Assembly: GCA_963513825.1 (NCBI GenBank)
Contig: CAUPRW010000035.1
Coordinates: forward strand, 1,403 to 65,402
Length of the DNA stretch: 64,000 bases
Origin: an uncultured Duganella sp.
Lineage (GTDB): Bacteria; Pseudomonadota; Gammaproteobacteria; Burkholderiales; Burkholderiaceae_D
Direction: 5' to 3'
A model generated the notes under the pieces. It did no database searches. It saw only the letters and a program-made list of their open reading frames with translations, and was not told where the DNA came from. The translations under genes were made by a program, and so were the position numbers. Below, one piece after another: positions 51,430-61,176 of this stretch. Every line of letters begins with the position of its first letter. Positions within the stretch are counted from its first letter, which is position 1.

Positions 51430-51711
51430 TTACGCTGGTACTGCAGCTGCTGGAGCGTTTGGAACGACGGTAACGAATTGCTTCGAACCTTCGCCCTTGA
51501 CTACGAACTTGACCTTGCCGTCCACCAGGGCGAACAGGGTGTGGTCCTTGCCCATGCCAACACCTTCACCAGCGCGCACCGGGGTGCCGCGTTGACGAAT
51601 GATGATGCCGCCGGCATTGATCGATTGACCGCCGTAGACTTTAACGCCCAGACGCTTTGACTCTGAGTCACGACCGTTACGCGTTGTGCCGCCGCCTTTT
51701 TTGTGTGCCAT
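51430..51711 (-). CDS. rpmA: 50S ribosomal protein L27
   Basis: [24 protein letters not shown]... is the canonical L27 N-terminus. Confidence 0.96.
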   Translation of the reverse strand: MAHKKGGGTTRNGRDSESKRLGVKVYGGQSINAGGIIIRQRGTPVRAGEGVGMGKDHTLFALVDGKVKFVVKGEGSKQFVTVVPNAPAAAVPA

Positions 51712-51749
51712 TTAAGACTCCTTGGATACTAATTCTCGGGCAAACGGAA

Positions 51750-52061
51750 TTAACCGTTGATCGATACGATTTGGATTTCGGTGTAATTTTGGCGATGGCC
51801 TTGATGCTTCTGGTAGTGCTTACGACGACGCATCTTGAAAATCTTCACTTTATCGTGACGACCGTGTGCCACAACAGTAACCAGTACCTTTGCACCCTCA
51901 ACCAGGGGAGCACCAAATTTGATGCTTTCGCCTTCGCCAACGGCGAGGACCTGATCGATGGTGAGTTCGGAACCAATGTCTGCCGGTATCTGTTCTACTT
52001 TAAGTTTTTCGCCAGCGACAACTTTGTATTGTTTGCCACCGGTTTTTATGACCGCGTACAT
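51750..52061 (-). CDS. rplU: 50S ribosomal protein L21
   Basis: In-frame ATG 52061 gives [14 protein letters not shown]..., canonical L21, 103 aa. Confidence 0.96.
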   Translation of the reverse strand: MYAVIKTGGKQYKVVAGEKLKVEQIPADIGSELTIDQVLAVGEGESIKFGAPLVEGAKVLVTVVAHGRHDKVKIFKMRRRKHYQKHQGHRQNYTEIQIVSING

Positions 52062-52297
52062 GATTTGAAACCTCATCAAATGTTAAGAAAATTCCCTCCG
52101 CCGCCAGCGCTACGACATGCATGGTGATCGGGGAACCGCTGATTATACATGGGATGGCAAAAGGCGTCAAAAACTATTCACAAACGCCCGGTGGCGTGGT
52201 ATGTCGACAAGTTTACGGCCCGTCCGCCCGCGCCAGGCGTTAATGGATTGACAAAGCAGTTGTCACAAACGCGGGCCGCGCCCCTATGGACGGGGGC

Positions 52298-53332
52298 ATG
52301 TCGTATAATCTCGGCACCAATAGTCCACCGCACAGGTTCGTCTTGTCTGCCGCCACCCACACCGCAACACAAAACAACATCGCCCACTCGATCGCCGCCG
52401 ACATGGACGCGGTCAACTCGGTGATCCGCCGCAAGCTGCATTCCGAGGTCAGCCTCGTCAATCAGATCGCTGAATACATCATCAGCGCCGGCGGCAAGCG
52501 CATCCGCCCGGTCCTCGTGCTGCTGGTGGCCAACGCCTATTCCTACAAGGGAACGGGGCACCACGAATTGGCGGCGGTGGTCGAGTTCATCCACACGGCC
52601 ACGCTGTTGCACGACGACGTCGTCGACGAATCGTCGCTGCGGCGCGGCCGCGCCACCGCCAACGCCTTGTTCGGCAACGCCGCCTCGGTGCTGGTGGGCG
52701 ACTTCCTGTACTCGCGCTCGTTCCAGATGATGGTCGGCCTCAACAACATGCGCGTCATGCAAATCCTGTCGGACGCCACCAACGTCATCGCCGAGGGCGA
52801 GGTGCTACAGCTGCTCAACATGCACGACCCGGACGTGAGCCAGGAGCGTTATTTGCAGGTGATCCGCTCGAAGACGGCCAAGCTGTTCGAAGCGGCGGCC
52901 GAGCTCGGCGCCTTGATCGCCGGCGCCAACGACGCGCAGATCGCCGCCGCCGGCGAATACGGGCGCTCGCTGGGCACGGCCTTCCAGCTCATCGACGACG
53001 TGCTCGACTACGCCGGCGACGCCAGCGAGATCGGCAAGAACGTCGGCGACGACCTACGCGAAGGCAAGCCGACGCTGCCGCTGATCTACCTGATGGAACA
53101 CGGCACGCCCGAGCAGCGCGAGCTGGTGCGCACCTGCATCGAGCAAGGCGACGAACAGCACTTCGACACCATCCTCGCCGCCATCACCAGCAGCGGCGCG
53201 CTCGACTACACGCGCGCGCAAGCGGAGACGGCCGCGCGGCGCGCCGCCGAAGCGATCGCCGACCTGCCCGACAGCGTCTACAAGGAATCGCTGCTGCAGC
53301 TGGCCGACTTCTCCGTCACCCGCACCCACTAA
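52298..53332 (+). CDS. ispB: octaprenyl diphosphate synthase
   Basis: Polyprenyl synthase DDxxD motifs (LLHDDVVDES, LIDDVLDY). Divergent from rplU-rpmA as in most proteobacteria. Start is either ATG 52298 or 52286. Confidence 0.9.
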   Translation: MSYNLGTNSPPHRFVLSAATHTATQNNIAHSIAADMDAVNSVIRRKLHSEVSLVNQIAEYIISAGGKRIRPVLVLLVANAYSYKGTGHHELAAVVEFIHTATLLHDDVVDESSLRRGRATANALFGNAASVLVGDFLYSRSFQMMVGLNNMRVMQILSDATNVIAEGEVLQLLNMHDPDVSQERYLQVIRSKTAKLFEAAAELGALIAGANDAQIAAAGEYGRSLGTAFQLIDDVLDYAGDASEIGKNVGDDLREGKPTLPLIYLMEHGTPEQRELVRTCIEQGDEQHFDTILAAITSSGALDYTRAQAETAARRAAEAIADLPDSVYKESLLQLADFSVTRTH

Positions 53333-53341
53333 ACCCTCGTG

Positions 53342-53426
53342 GGGGTCAAGTCTGACATTTGGACACGAGCTGGGCTGTCGACCGACTTTACGGCCGGGGC
53401 CGTGTCCAAATGTCAGACTTGACCCC
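53342..53426. repeat. family-A element, full copy (85 bp, divergent core)
   Basis: Left arm GGGGTCAAGTCTGACATTTGGACACGAG; right arm CGTGTCCAAATGTCAGACTTGACCCC; 31-nt non-palindromic centre. Confidence 0.9.
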
Positions 53427-53452
53427 GATGTTTTATGACCCCGATGTTTTAA
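53421..53452 (+). repeat. 16-bp tandem duplication at the right end of the family-A copy
   Basis: GACCCCGATGTTTTAT / GACCCCGATGTTTTAA (15 of 16 identical). Confidence 0.85.
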
Positions 53453-53994
53453 TTGGCGTCGAGCCAGCGTTGCACGGTGGGCTCGTGCAATACTGCCATT
53501 GTCAGCGTCGCGGCCGCGTCCAGAGTGGCCTTCGGCTGCTCACCTTCGACCGCGATCAGCGCCCAGCCGCCATCGACAGTCATGAACTCGATAAACGTCA
53601 TGCCGACGTCACGATAGCTGACGGCCTCCGCCATGCCCGGCAATGCCTCATACTGGACCTGCCTGGACCGGATCAGCGTTTTGTCCTTCTCGAAACTGGC
53701 GGCACCGGCCTTGCGCGGCAAAAAACTCATCAGCATACGGTTTTGTTGCAGGCCGTTAGCCATCGGGGTCACGTCGGCAAACCCGAACAGGCACTCCTTC
53801 GTGGACCGTTTGACGTACGCCTCCAACTTGCGGTCGAACAGTTGCTCGAGCCTGGCCACCGGCAGCACCTCAAAGAACGTGGCGCGGCAGGCCGCGGTGT
53901 GGGGCGTGTCGGCCGCCTGCGCGGACATGGCGCCGGCCAGCAGCGCGGCGCCCAGTGCGGATCGCTTCAGACGGGCCGTCAACCGCGCCGCCAT
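53449..53994 (-). CDS. secreted hypothetical protein
   Basis: 181 aa with a signal peptide (ALGAALLAGAMSAQA). No recognisable domain. The start abuts the arsC stop (TAG ATG). Confidence 0.55.
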   Translation of the reverse strand: MAARLTARLKRSALGAALLAGAMSAQAADTPHTAACRATFFEVLPVARLEQLFDRKLEAYVKRSTKECLFGFADVTPMANGLQQNRMLMSFLPRKAGAASFEKDKTLIRSRQVQYEALPGMAEAVSYRDVGMTFIEFMTVDGGWALIAVEGEQPKATLDAAATLTMAVLHEPTVQRWLDAN

Positions 53995-54342
53995 CTAGAG
54001 GATCTCCTGGACCAGCTCGGACGGCCGGCACAGGCGCACGCCCTTGTCGGTGACCACGAACGGGCGGTTGATCAGGACCGGATGCGCGATCATCGCGTCG
54101 AGCAGCGCGTCGTCCGCCAGCGAGGCGTCGGCCAGCCCGAGCTCGACGTACAGGTCGCCCTTGTCGCGCATCGCCTGGCGCGCCGTCAGGCCGGCCTTGG
54201 CGATCATCGACTTCAACGCCGCGCGCGATGGCGGGTTCTTGACGTAGTCGATGATCTCCGGCTCGATGCCGGCGGCGCGGATCGCCTCCAGCGTTTTGCG
54301 CGACGTGCCGCAGGCGGTGTTGTGATAAATCGTGACGGTCAT
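53995..54342 (-). CDS. arsC: glutaredoxin-dependent arsenate reductase
   Basis: MTVTIYHNTACGTSRKTLEAIR...INRPFVVTDKGVRLCRPSELVQEIL is collinear with E. coli ArsC, including catalytic Cys (HNxxCGTSR). Start at in-frame ATG 54342. Confidence 0.88.
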   Translation of the reverse strand: MTVTIYHNTACGTSRKTLEAIRAAGIEPEIIDYVKNPPSRAALKSMIAKAGLTARQAMRDKGDLYVELGLADASLADDALLDAMIAHPVLINRPFVVTDKGVRLCRPSELVQEIL

Positions 54343-54383
54343 GATGCGGCCTTGGAGCGTGAGTTCGAAGGCCGCATTATCGC

Positions 54384-56729
54384 TTAAAACTTCGCCGCCA
54401 GACTGACGCCTATCGCGCGCGGCATCAGCCGGTAGCCCTGCACGATCGACGCCACCTGCGGATGCTGGATCACCGTGTCGTTGTCGAAGGCGTTCTTGAC
54501 GAACACCGTGACGTTGTAGCGGTCGAAGCCCATGCCGGCGCTGAAATCGGCCGTGTGGTAGGCCGGCCGCTCGTAGTCGGTCAGCTCCGGATTGAGCGAT
54601 CCCTTGCTCGATCCGACCCACTGCACGCCGCCCATGACGAACGCGCTGCGCTCGCCCAGCGCGAAGTTGTAGCGCGCGTTGATGGCCGCGTTATATTTCG
54701 GCACCCCCTGGATCTGCGCCCCAGACACCGCGCCGACCACGCCGTTCTGGATGCCCTGGTCGTTCGACAGCTCGGCCTTCACATAACCGCCCGAGGCGCT
54801 CAGGGTCAGGCCCGCGATCGGCTTGGCCTTGATGTCGAACTCGAAGCCTTTGCTGGTGGCGTCGCCGGCGTTGGCGTTGTAGGTGTACGCGCAGGTCGGC
54901 AGATACACGCCCTGCTGGATGTTCTTCCACTTGATGTAGAAAACGTCGGCGTTGATCGTCAAGCGATTGTTGAGGAAGCGCGATTTGCTGCCCACCTCGT
55001 AGTTCCACAGGCTGTCGGCCCCGTAGTTCGGCGGCCCCTCCGTCAGGCCGTTCAACTCAAGATCCGGGCCGCAGGTGGTCGGCGGCACGAAGATGTTCGA
55101 GCCACCGAGCCGGAAGCCTTTCGACACACTGGTATAGAGCGTGTTGCGCGGATCGACCTCCCACGTCAGCGCGTACTTCGGCGTGAAAGCGTGCGACTTC
55201 AAGCTCGCGCCGCTGTTGTTGCCGGCGCCGGCCAGGTAGTTACCGTTGCGCTGCTCCAGATTGGAACTGGCGCGCAGGTAGCGCGCGCCGACGGTCGCGT
55301 GCACGGCAGGCGTGAAGTAGTAATTGACCTCGCCGAACACCGACGACTGCTTCTCCATGTAGTGGAAGGCGCCGGCGAACGAATTATCGTTCGGGAAGGA
55401 TCCGGGCCGCACGTCCGGCAGCAGATCCGGATCGTAAATGTCGAAGCCGAACTGGCGGAAGGTGTCGGTCACGCCGAAGATCGGATCGTTCTCGGTGACG
55501 TTGGTGTGCTGGCGCGAGAAGTAGGTGCCGGCCAGCCAGGTCCACGGCGACACGGCCGGATCGTACGGCCGCGAGGCGAGCCTGAACTCCTGCGACACCT
55601 GGCGCACCTGGTTGTTCAGATACACGGCCGACGGCAGCGCGGCGATGGCGTCGATCAGTTCCGGCGGCGCCTTGCCGCCATCGTCGGTCGACGTCAGGAA
55701 GGTCGACAGCGAATAGCTGTTGTAGGCCGAACCGTTTTGCGTGCGGTCGAACTTGCGCGAGAAGTAGCTGGTGGCCGACGTCAAATCGACCGCGCCCAGG
55801 TCCCAGTTGACCGTCACGCTGGGCGTAAACAGCTTGTCGATCGACGGCTCGCGCACCTGCTTTTGCGCCTGGTAGTTCGGCAGCTCGATGTTGAAGGCCG
55901 AGATGTCCTTGGCGTCGAGCCGCTGATAGTAAATCGACGGCGTCACCGTCACATTGCGCGTCGGCTTCCACTTGAGCGCCACGCGCACTTCCTGGTCGCT
56001 GATCTTGTTGATGTCCTTGGCCAGCACGCCGCCGTCACCGTCCACCTGGTTGATAAAGCCGCCCGTGTGCTGCGCCTGCACGCCGATGCGCAACGCCAGC
56101 TCGTCGGCGATCAGCGGGATGTTGCCCACCACGTTGGCCGAGTAGCTCGGGCTGCCGTTTTTGGTGTGCGAGAACTCGGTATAGGTGGTGAATTCGCGCT
56201 CCTTGAGATCGGGCTCGTTCGGCACGAACTTGATGGTGCCGCCCATCGAACTGGCGCCGTACAAGGTCACCTGCGGGCCGCGCAGCACCTCGACGCGGTC
56301 GATGTCGAAGAAGCGCGGCTCGACATTCCCCATCGTGTAGACGTTGCCGACGGTGACCGGCGTGTCGCCCAGGTAGACGCCGACGGTGGCCGCGCCGGCC
56401 GTCGAGCTGATGCCGCGGATTTCGATGTTGGACGTGCCCGGACCGGCGCCGCCGTTGCCGCTGGCGGCGGTGAAGGAGATGTTGGGCACCACGCGCGTCA
56501 AGTCGGTGATGTCGCGGATGTGCTCTTCCTGCAGCTGCTTGCCGGTGACGGCCGAGATACTCATGGCCACCTTGGCGGGATCCTCCTTGCGCTTTTGCGC
56601 GGTGACCGTGACCACCTCGATCTCGTCGGACTGCGCCGCCGGCCTGGCGCTCTGCGCGCGGGCCGAATGGGCGAACACCGCGATGGCGGCGGCGACTGCA
56701 CTGCACATTACCTTCTGCCGAATTTTCAT
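54384..56729 (-). CDS. TonB-dependent receptor (~781 aa)
   Basis: Signal peptide; plug region (IEVVTVTAQKR, IEIRGISS, LYGASSMGGTIKF); C-terminal ...SLAAKF. Start at in-frame ATG 56729. Confidence 0.88.
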   Translation of the reverse strand: MKIRQKVMCSAVAAAIAVFAHSARAQSARPAAQSDEIEVVTVTAQKRKEDPAKVAMSISAVTGKQLQEEHIRDITDLTRVVPNISFTAASGNGGAGPGTSNIEIRGISSTAGAATVGVYLGDTPVTVGNVYTMGNVEPRFFDIDRVEVLRGPQVTLYGASSMGGTIKFVPNEPDLKEREFTTYTEFSHTKNGSPSYSANVVGNIPLIADELALRIGVQAQHTGGFINQVDGDGGVLAKDINKISDQEVRVALKWKPTRNVTVTPSIYYQRLDAKDISAFNIELPNYQAQKQVREPSIDKLFTPSVTVNWDLGAVDLTSATSYFSRKFDRTQNGSAYNSYSLSTFLTSTDDGGKAPPELIDAIAALPSAVYLNNQVRQVSQEFRLASRPYDPAVSPWTWLAGTYFSRQHTNVTENDPIFGVTDTFRQFGFDIYDPDLLPDVRPGSFPNDNSFAGAFHYMEKQSSVFGEVNYYFTPAVHATVGARYLRASSNLEQRNGNYLAGAGNNSGASLKSHAFTPKYALTWEVDPRNTLYTSVSKGFRLGGSNIFVPPTTCGPDLELNGLTEGPPNYGADSLWNYEVGSKSRFLNNRLTINADVFYIKWKNIQQGVYLPTCAYTYNANAGDATSKGFEFDIKAKPIAGLTLSASGGYVKAELSNDQGIQNGVVGAVSGAQIQGVPKYNAAINARYNFALGERSAFVMGGVQWVGSSKGSLNPELTDYERPAYHTADFSAGMGFDRYNVTVFVKNAFDNDTVIQHPQVASIVQGYRLMPRAIGVSLAAKF

Positions 56730-57025
56730 GCCTGATATCCCCGGTCGGTCAGGGGCGACGCCCCGAAATGATGCATTTTTAGCCAATGATCAATCTTACA
56801 CATATTAATCTTTTAACAAAGCAAGAAACTTGCCAATCTGCGCCAAATCAGTACGGGCGTTGGAATCCGTTCACAGGCGCGCAGCCCGATGGTTCAGCTA
56901 TGGAATACCCTGCGGGTATCAAACGCATACTCAATCGGTGTTGGACGCTCGCCGCCATGCTGTTTAACCTGAAGCCACTCAGAAATGGCAAGGTGATAAC
57001 AGTGGGAAATATCCGAAGCACGCAC

Positions 57026-58195
57026 ATGACGGCGGGGACGCGCGACTGGTCCGCATCGGCCGTCGCGGCCGGTTTTCTCGCGGTGCTGGTGTCCTATTCC
57101 GGGCCGCTGGCGATCTTCTACCAGGCCGCGCAAAAGGCCCAGCTGGGCAACGACATGTTCGCCTCCTGGGTATGGGCGATCTCGATCGGCGCCGCCGTCT
57201 CCGGCATGTATCTGAGTTGGAGTTTGAAGATCCCCGTCATCACCGCCTGGTCCGCGCCCGGCACGGCGCTGCTGATCACCTTGTTCCCCGACTTGTCGAT
57301 CGCGCACGCCATCGGCGCCTACATCACCGCCGCGCTGATGCTGCTGGCGATCGGCCTGTCGGGCCAGGTCGACCGCGTCATGGCCGCCATCCCGAAAGGC
57401 ATCGCCAGCGGCATGATGGCCGGCATCCTGCTGCCGTTCGGCCTGAACGCCTTCAAGGCCATCGGCTCGCTGCCGGTGCTCAGCTGCGCGATGATCGCCG
57501 CCTACCTGCTGTTCAAACGCCTGGCGCCGCGCTACAGCATCGTGCTGCTGCTCGCCGCCGGCGCCGCGATGGCGTCGCTGGGCGGCCAGACCGACTTCTC
57601 CGGCGTGCGCCTGCAACTGGTCACGCCACAGTGGATCGCGCCGCAATGGTCGTGGGCCAGCACCTTCAGCCTGGCGCTGCCGCTGGTGCTCACCACGCTG
57701 ACCGGCCAGTACCTGCCCGGCATGGCGCTGCTGCGCTCCTCCGGCTACGACAACAAGGTGCGCCCGATCATGACCGTCAACAGCGTCGCCTCGCTGGCGG
57801 TGGCCTGCTTCGGCGGCATCACCATCGCCATCGCCGCCATCACGGCGGCCATGTGCACCGGCCGCGACGCCCACGAAGACCCGTCCAGGCGCTACATCGC
57901 CGGCATCGCCAACGGCGCCTTCTATCTGGTGGCCGGCCTGTTCGGCGGCTCCATCGTCATGCTGTTCGCCGCGCTGCCCAGGGAGCTGGTGGCGGTGCTG
58001 GCCGGCCTGGCGCTGCTGGGCGCCATCACAGCCAACCTGGGCGGCATCGTGGCGGCCGACGAGCACCGCGAAGCCGCCGTCATCACTTTCCTTGCAACCG
58101 CTTCCGGCATGACCTTCCTCGGCCTGGGGTCGGCGTTCTGGGGAATCATGATCGGCATGCTCGCCCATGCCGTTCTTCACACCACAAAAAAATAG
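57026..58195 (+). CDS. benE: BenE-family benzoate/H+ symporter-like transporter
   Basis: 389 aa from ATG 57026, about 12 TM helices, with BenE-like N-terminus (WSASAVAAGFLAVLVSYSGPLAIFYQAA). Confidence 0.82.
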   Translation: MTAGTRDWSASAVAAGFLAVLVSYSGPLAIFYQAAQKAQLGNDMFASWVWAISIGAAVSGMYLSWSLKIPVITAWSAPGTALLITLFPDLSIAHAIGAYITAALMLLAIGLSGQVDRVMAAIPKGIASGMMAGILLPFGLNAFKAIGSLPVLSCAMIAAYLLFKRLAPRYSIVLLLAAGAAMASLGGQTDFSGVRLQLVTPQWIAPQWSWASTFSLALPLVLTTLTGQYLPGMALLRSSGYDNKVRPIMTVNSVASLAVACFGGITIAIAAITAAMCTGRDAHEDPSRRYIAGIANGAFYLVAGLFGGSIVMLFAALPRELVAVLAGLALLGAITANLGGIVAADEHREAAVITFLATASGMTFLGLGSAFWGIMIGMLAHAVLHTTKK

Positions 58196-58215
58196 ACCAA
58201 GAAAGAGACACCATC

Positions 58216-59562
58216 ATGCGACACATCGACGTCCACAAACTAGCCGACGAGGCCACCTTCAACCGCTTCCACCGCAGCGTGCTGTTCTGGTGCGCGCTGA
58301 TCATCATCTGCGACGGCTACGACCTGGCGGTGGCCGGCATCGCCCTGCCCTCGATCATGAAGGGCATGGGCGTGACGGCGCAGAACGCCGGCTTCATGGT
58401 CAGCTCCGCGCTGTTCGGCATGATGTTCGGCGCCATCTTCCTCGGCACCATCGCCGACCGCATCGGCCGCCGCAAGGCCATCGCCATCTGCATCGCCCTG
58501 TTTTCCGTCTTCACGGCGGCGGCGGGGTTGACCAGCGACCCGTACACCTTCAGCGCCATGCGCTTCCTGGCGGGCCTTGGCATTGGCGGCGTCATGCCCA
58601 ACGTGGTGGCGCAGATGACGGAATACTCGCCGAAGAAAATCCGCGCCACCATGGTCACCTTGATGTTCAGCGGCTACGCCGTCGGCGGCATGCTGGCCGC
58701 GCTGCTGGGCAAGGGCTTGCTCGAGAGCTACGGCTGGCAATCGGTGTTCCTGGCCGCCGGCCTGCCGGTGCTGCTGATCCCGTTCATGATGAAGGGCATG
58801 CCCGAATCGATGCCCTTCCTGATCCGCGAGCAGCGCCTGGACGAACTCAAAGCCATCATCGCGCGCATGTCGCCGGGCTACCGCGCCGACGCCGGCGACC
58901 GCTTCGCCCTGCCCGTCAAAGACCAGGCCGGCGGCGCGCCGATCGGCAAGCTGTTCCAGGAGGGACGGGGCTTTAGCACGGTGATGTTCTGGGTGGCCTT
59001 CTTCATGTGCCTGTTCATGGTGTACGCCCTGAGCTCGTGGCTGACCAAGCTGATGGCCGGCGCCGGCTACAGCCTCGGCTCGGCGCTGACGTTCGTGCTG
59101 GTGCTCAACTTCGGCGCGGTCATTGGCGCCGTCGGCGGCGGCTGGCTGGCCGACCGCTTCCACATCAAGTATGTGCTGATCGGCATGTACGCGCTGGCGG
59201 CGGTGTCGATCACCCTGCTCGGCTACAAGGTGCCGACCGGGGTGCTGTTCGTGCTGGTGGGCCTGGCCGGCGCCTCGACCATCGGCACCCAGATCGTCAC
59301 CTACGCCTACGCCGGCCAGTTCTATCCGATGGCGATCCGCTCGACCGGCATCGGCTGGGCCTCGGGCGTGGGCCGCAGCGGCGCCATCCTCGCGCCGATC
59401 GCCATCGGCACGCTGGTCGGCATGGCGCTGCCGTTGGAGCAGAACTTCATGGCCATCGCGATACCGGCCGTGATCGCGGTGATCGCCGTGTCCCTGATCA
59501 GCCATGGCCGCTCGGCGTCGGCGGCGAAGTTGGCCGCGGCGCCGGTGACGGCCACCAGCTGA
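58216..59562 (+). CDS. MFS transporter, aromatic acid:H+ symporter (AAHS) family-like
   Basis: 448 aa from ATG 58216. MFS signature GTIADRIGRRKA and AAHS-like N-terminus (FHRSVLFWCALIIICDGYDLAVAG). The track ORF start at 57172 is an out-of-frame artefact over benE. Confidence 0.85.
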   Translation: MRHIDVHKLADEATFNRFHRSVLFWCALIIICDGYDLAVAGIALPSIMKGMGVTAQNAGFMVSSALFGMMFGAIFLGTIADRIGRRKAIAICIALFSVFTAAAGLTSDPYTFSAMRFLAGLGIGGVMPNVVAQMTEYSPKKIRATMVTLMFSGYAVGGMLAALLGKGLLESYGWQSVFLAAGLPVLLIPFMMKGMPESMPFLIREQRLDELKAIIARMSPGYRADAGDRFALPVKDQAGGAPIGKLFQEGRGFSTVMFWVAFFMCLFMVYALSSWLTKLMAGAGYSLGSALTFVLVLNFGAVIGAVGGGWLADRFHIKYVLIGMYALAAVSITLLGYKVPTGVLFVLVGLAGASTIGTQIVTYAYAGQFYPMAIRSTGIGWASGVGRSGAILAPIAIGTLVGMALPLEQNFMAIAIPAVIAVIAVSLISHGRSASAAKLAAAPVTATS

Positions 59563-59788
59563 AATCAACGAACATCCGGTGCTGGCGACCTGATATCCGG
59601 GCCGACAACCCCGTCGGACCGCAGGCCGGTACCGATTCCTTCCCGCGCCGCAAGGCCACCTATACGTATGGCGCACGGCGGCCTATCACCATCAGATAGT
59701 TATCAGCCGGGCCGATCATTGTTACGCTTCAAACCTGATTCGACCGTTTTTTAAAGCGTAGCCCCAACCGCCCCCAAGGAGAAATATC

Positions 59789-60340
59789 ATGACCGTAATC
59801 CGTTCCGACCTGGTTCTGTCGCAATCGGCGTTCAGCCACATAATCGATGTCCCGTTTGAAAAGATCGATATCGCCAGCTGGCTGTTCTCGCTGCCCGACG
59901 CCGAATACCAGCGCTGCGCGCCGCCGGACCACATCGCCGCCGGGTCGACCTATACCGATGACGGCCGCCGCATGTCCATCAACGTCGAGATGATCGGCAG
60001 CGGCCTGGTCGTGCAGCATTACGTCGGCGAGGTCACCGAAGCATCCCATTGCCGCATGGTCTCCACCTCCGACGTCTTCACGCCAACCGGCCGCACCAAG
60101 GTGCAAGTCATCTGGGACCTGAGCGTCAAGAAAATCGACGAGCACCGCAGCCAATACACGAACGCGGTGATCTCGCATCCGACCGAGGAATTCCTGTCGT
60201 TCATCAAGGAACACGGGATCTCTTGGGAAAAGGCCAGCGGGGACCGCCAACAATCGTCCGGCGACCACAACCGCCGCGAAACGCCCCTGTTCGCCGAAAG
60301 CATCGCGCGCGCGGCGCGCGCCGCACAGGCTATCTCGTAG
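59789..60340 (+). CDS. hypothetical cytoplasmic protein
   Basis: Strong AAGGAG SD 8 nt before the ATG; 183 aa; GC looks lower than neighbours. I do not recognise the family (possibly an SRPBCC-like fold, unverified). Confidence 0.5.
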   Translation: MTVIRSDLVLSQSAFSHIIDVPFEKIDIASWLFSLPDAEYQRCAPPDHIAAGSTYTDDGRRMSINVEMIGSGLVVQHYVGEVTEASHCRMVSTSDVFTPTGRTKVQVIWDLSVKKIDEHRSQYTNAVISHPTEEFLSFIKEHGISWEKASGDRQQSSGDHNRRETPLFAESIARAARAAQAIS

Positions 60341-60400
60341 CGTTCGGCGGCCGCTTCCTAAAGGCGCGTCCCATCGTCCCGGCGCCGACCCTAGGGGTGC

Positions 60401-61165
60401 TCATTCCGCATGCGCGAGGACGGCCGGGCCGGCCTGGCCGCGCAGCAGATACAGCCCGTACAGGCACAGTGGCAGCACCGCGACCAGCGCCGCCACCGGC
60501 AGCACCGAGGTTTCGCCCTGCGCCGTGGCCGACAACACCGACGTCGTCAGCGAGAAGTCCCACAAGCCGTGCACCGCCACCATCGGCCACACCGAGCCGG
60601 TGCGCACGCGCAGGGCCGCGTAGGCCACGCCCTGCAGCGCGGCGGCGGCGGCCTGCCACAACGCGGCGCCCAGGTCGCCGGTGGCGAGGCCGTTGGTCGC
60701 GTGGACCAGGCCGAAGATGGCCGAGCAGGCCAGCGCCGCCGGCCACACCGGATACTTGTCGAGCAAGCCTTGCAGCAGCACGGCGCGGAACATCAGCTCT
60801 TCCGAGACCGCCACCAAGGCGGTGTTGCAGGCCACCACCAGCACCACGGCGCGCGGCGGCAGGTCGCCGGCCCAGGCGATGAACAGCATCAGCAGCGTGT
60901 ACAACAGCGGCGGCCACGCCAGCCGGATGGAGTTGAACGGCACGGGCGCGCGCAGGCCGGCGCCGCGGCGGTCGGCCGAGGCCAGCGCCAGCGCCGCCGC
61001 GAACAGCGCGGCCAGCGCCCAGTGCCAGCCGATGGCGCCGCCGGCCGCCTCGGCCAGCGACTGCTGCCGGCCACCCGAGGCCAGCCGGCCGCCGCCCAGG
61101 GTGAGCGCCAGCCAGACGGCCAGCGCGCCCAGCGCCAGCGGCAACGTGATGTGGAGTCGTTTCAT
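60401..61165 (-). CDS. CPBP-family intramembrane glutamic endopeptidase (CAAX protease/Abi family)
   Basis: Motif 1 SEELMFRAVLLQ (EExxxR) and motif 2 FGLVHATN (FxxxH). Multi-TM. Start at in-frame ATG 61165. Confidence 0.82.
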   Translation of the reverse strand: MKRLHITLPLALGALAVWLALTLGGGRLASGGRQQSLAEAAGGAIGWHWALAALFAAALALASADRRGAGLRAPVPFNSIRLAWPPLLYTLLMLFIAWAGDLPPRAVVLVVACNTALVAVSEELMFRAVLLQGLLDKYPVWPAALACSAIFGLVHATNGLATGDLGAALWQAAAAALQGVAYAALRVRTGSVWPMVAVHGLWDFSLTTSVLSATAQGETSVLPVAALVAVLPLCLYGLYLLRGQAGPAVLAHAE

Positions 61166-61176
61166 CGGCGCCGCCT

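Noticed and set aside
56770-56815. Possible Fur box upstream of the 781-aa TonB-dependent receptor (CCAATGATCAATCTTAC, GAAATGATGCATTTTTA)
   Set aside because: It is only a partial match to GATAATGATAATCATTATC and requires an indel. That is too weak to call.
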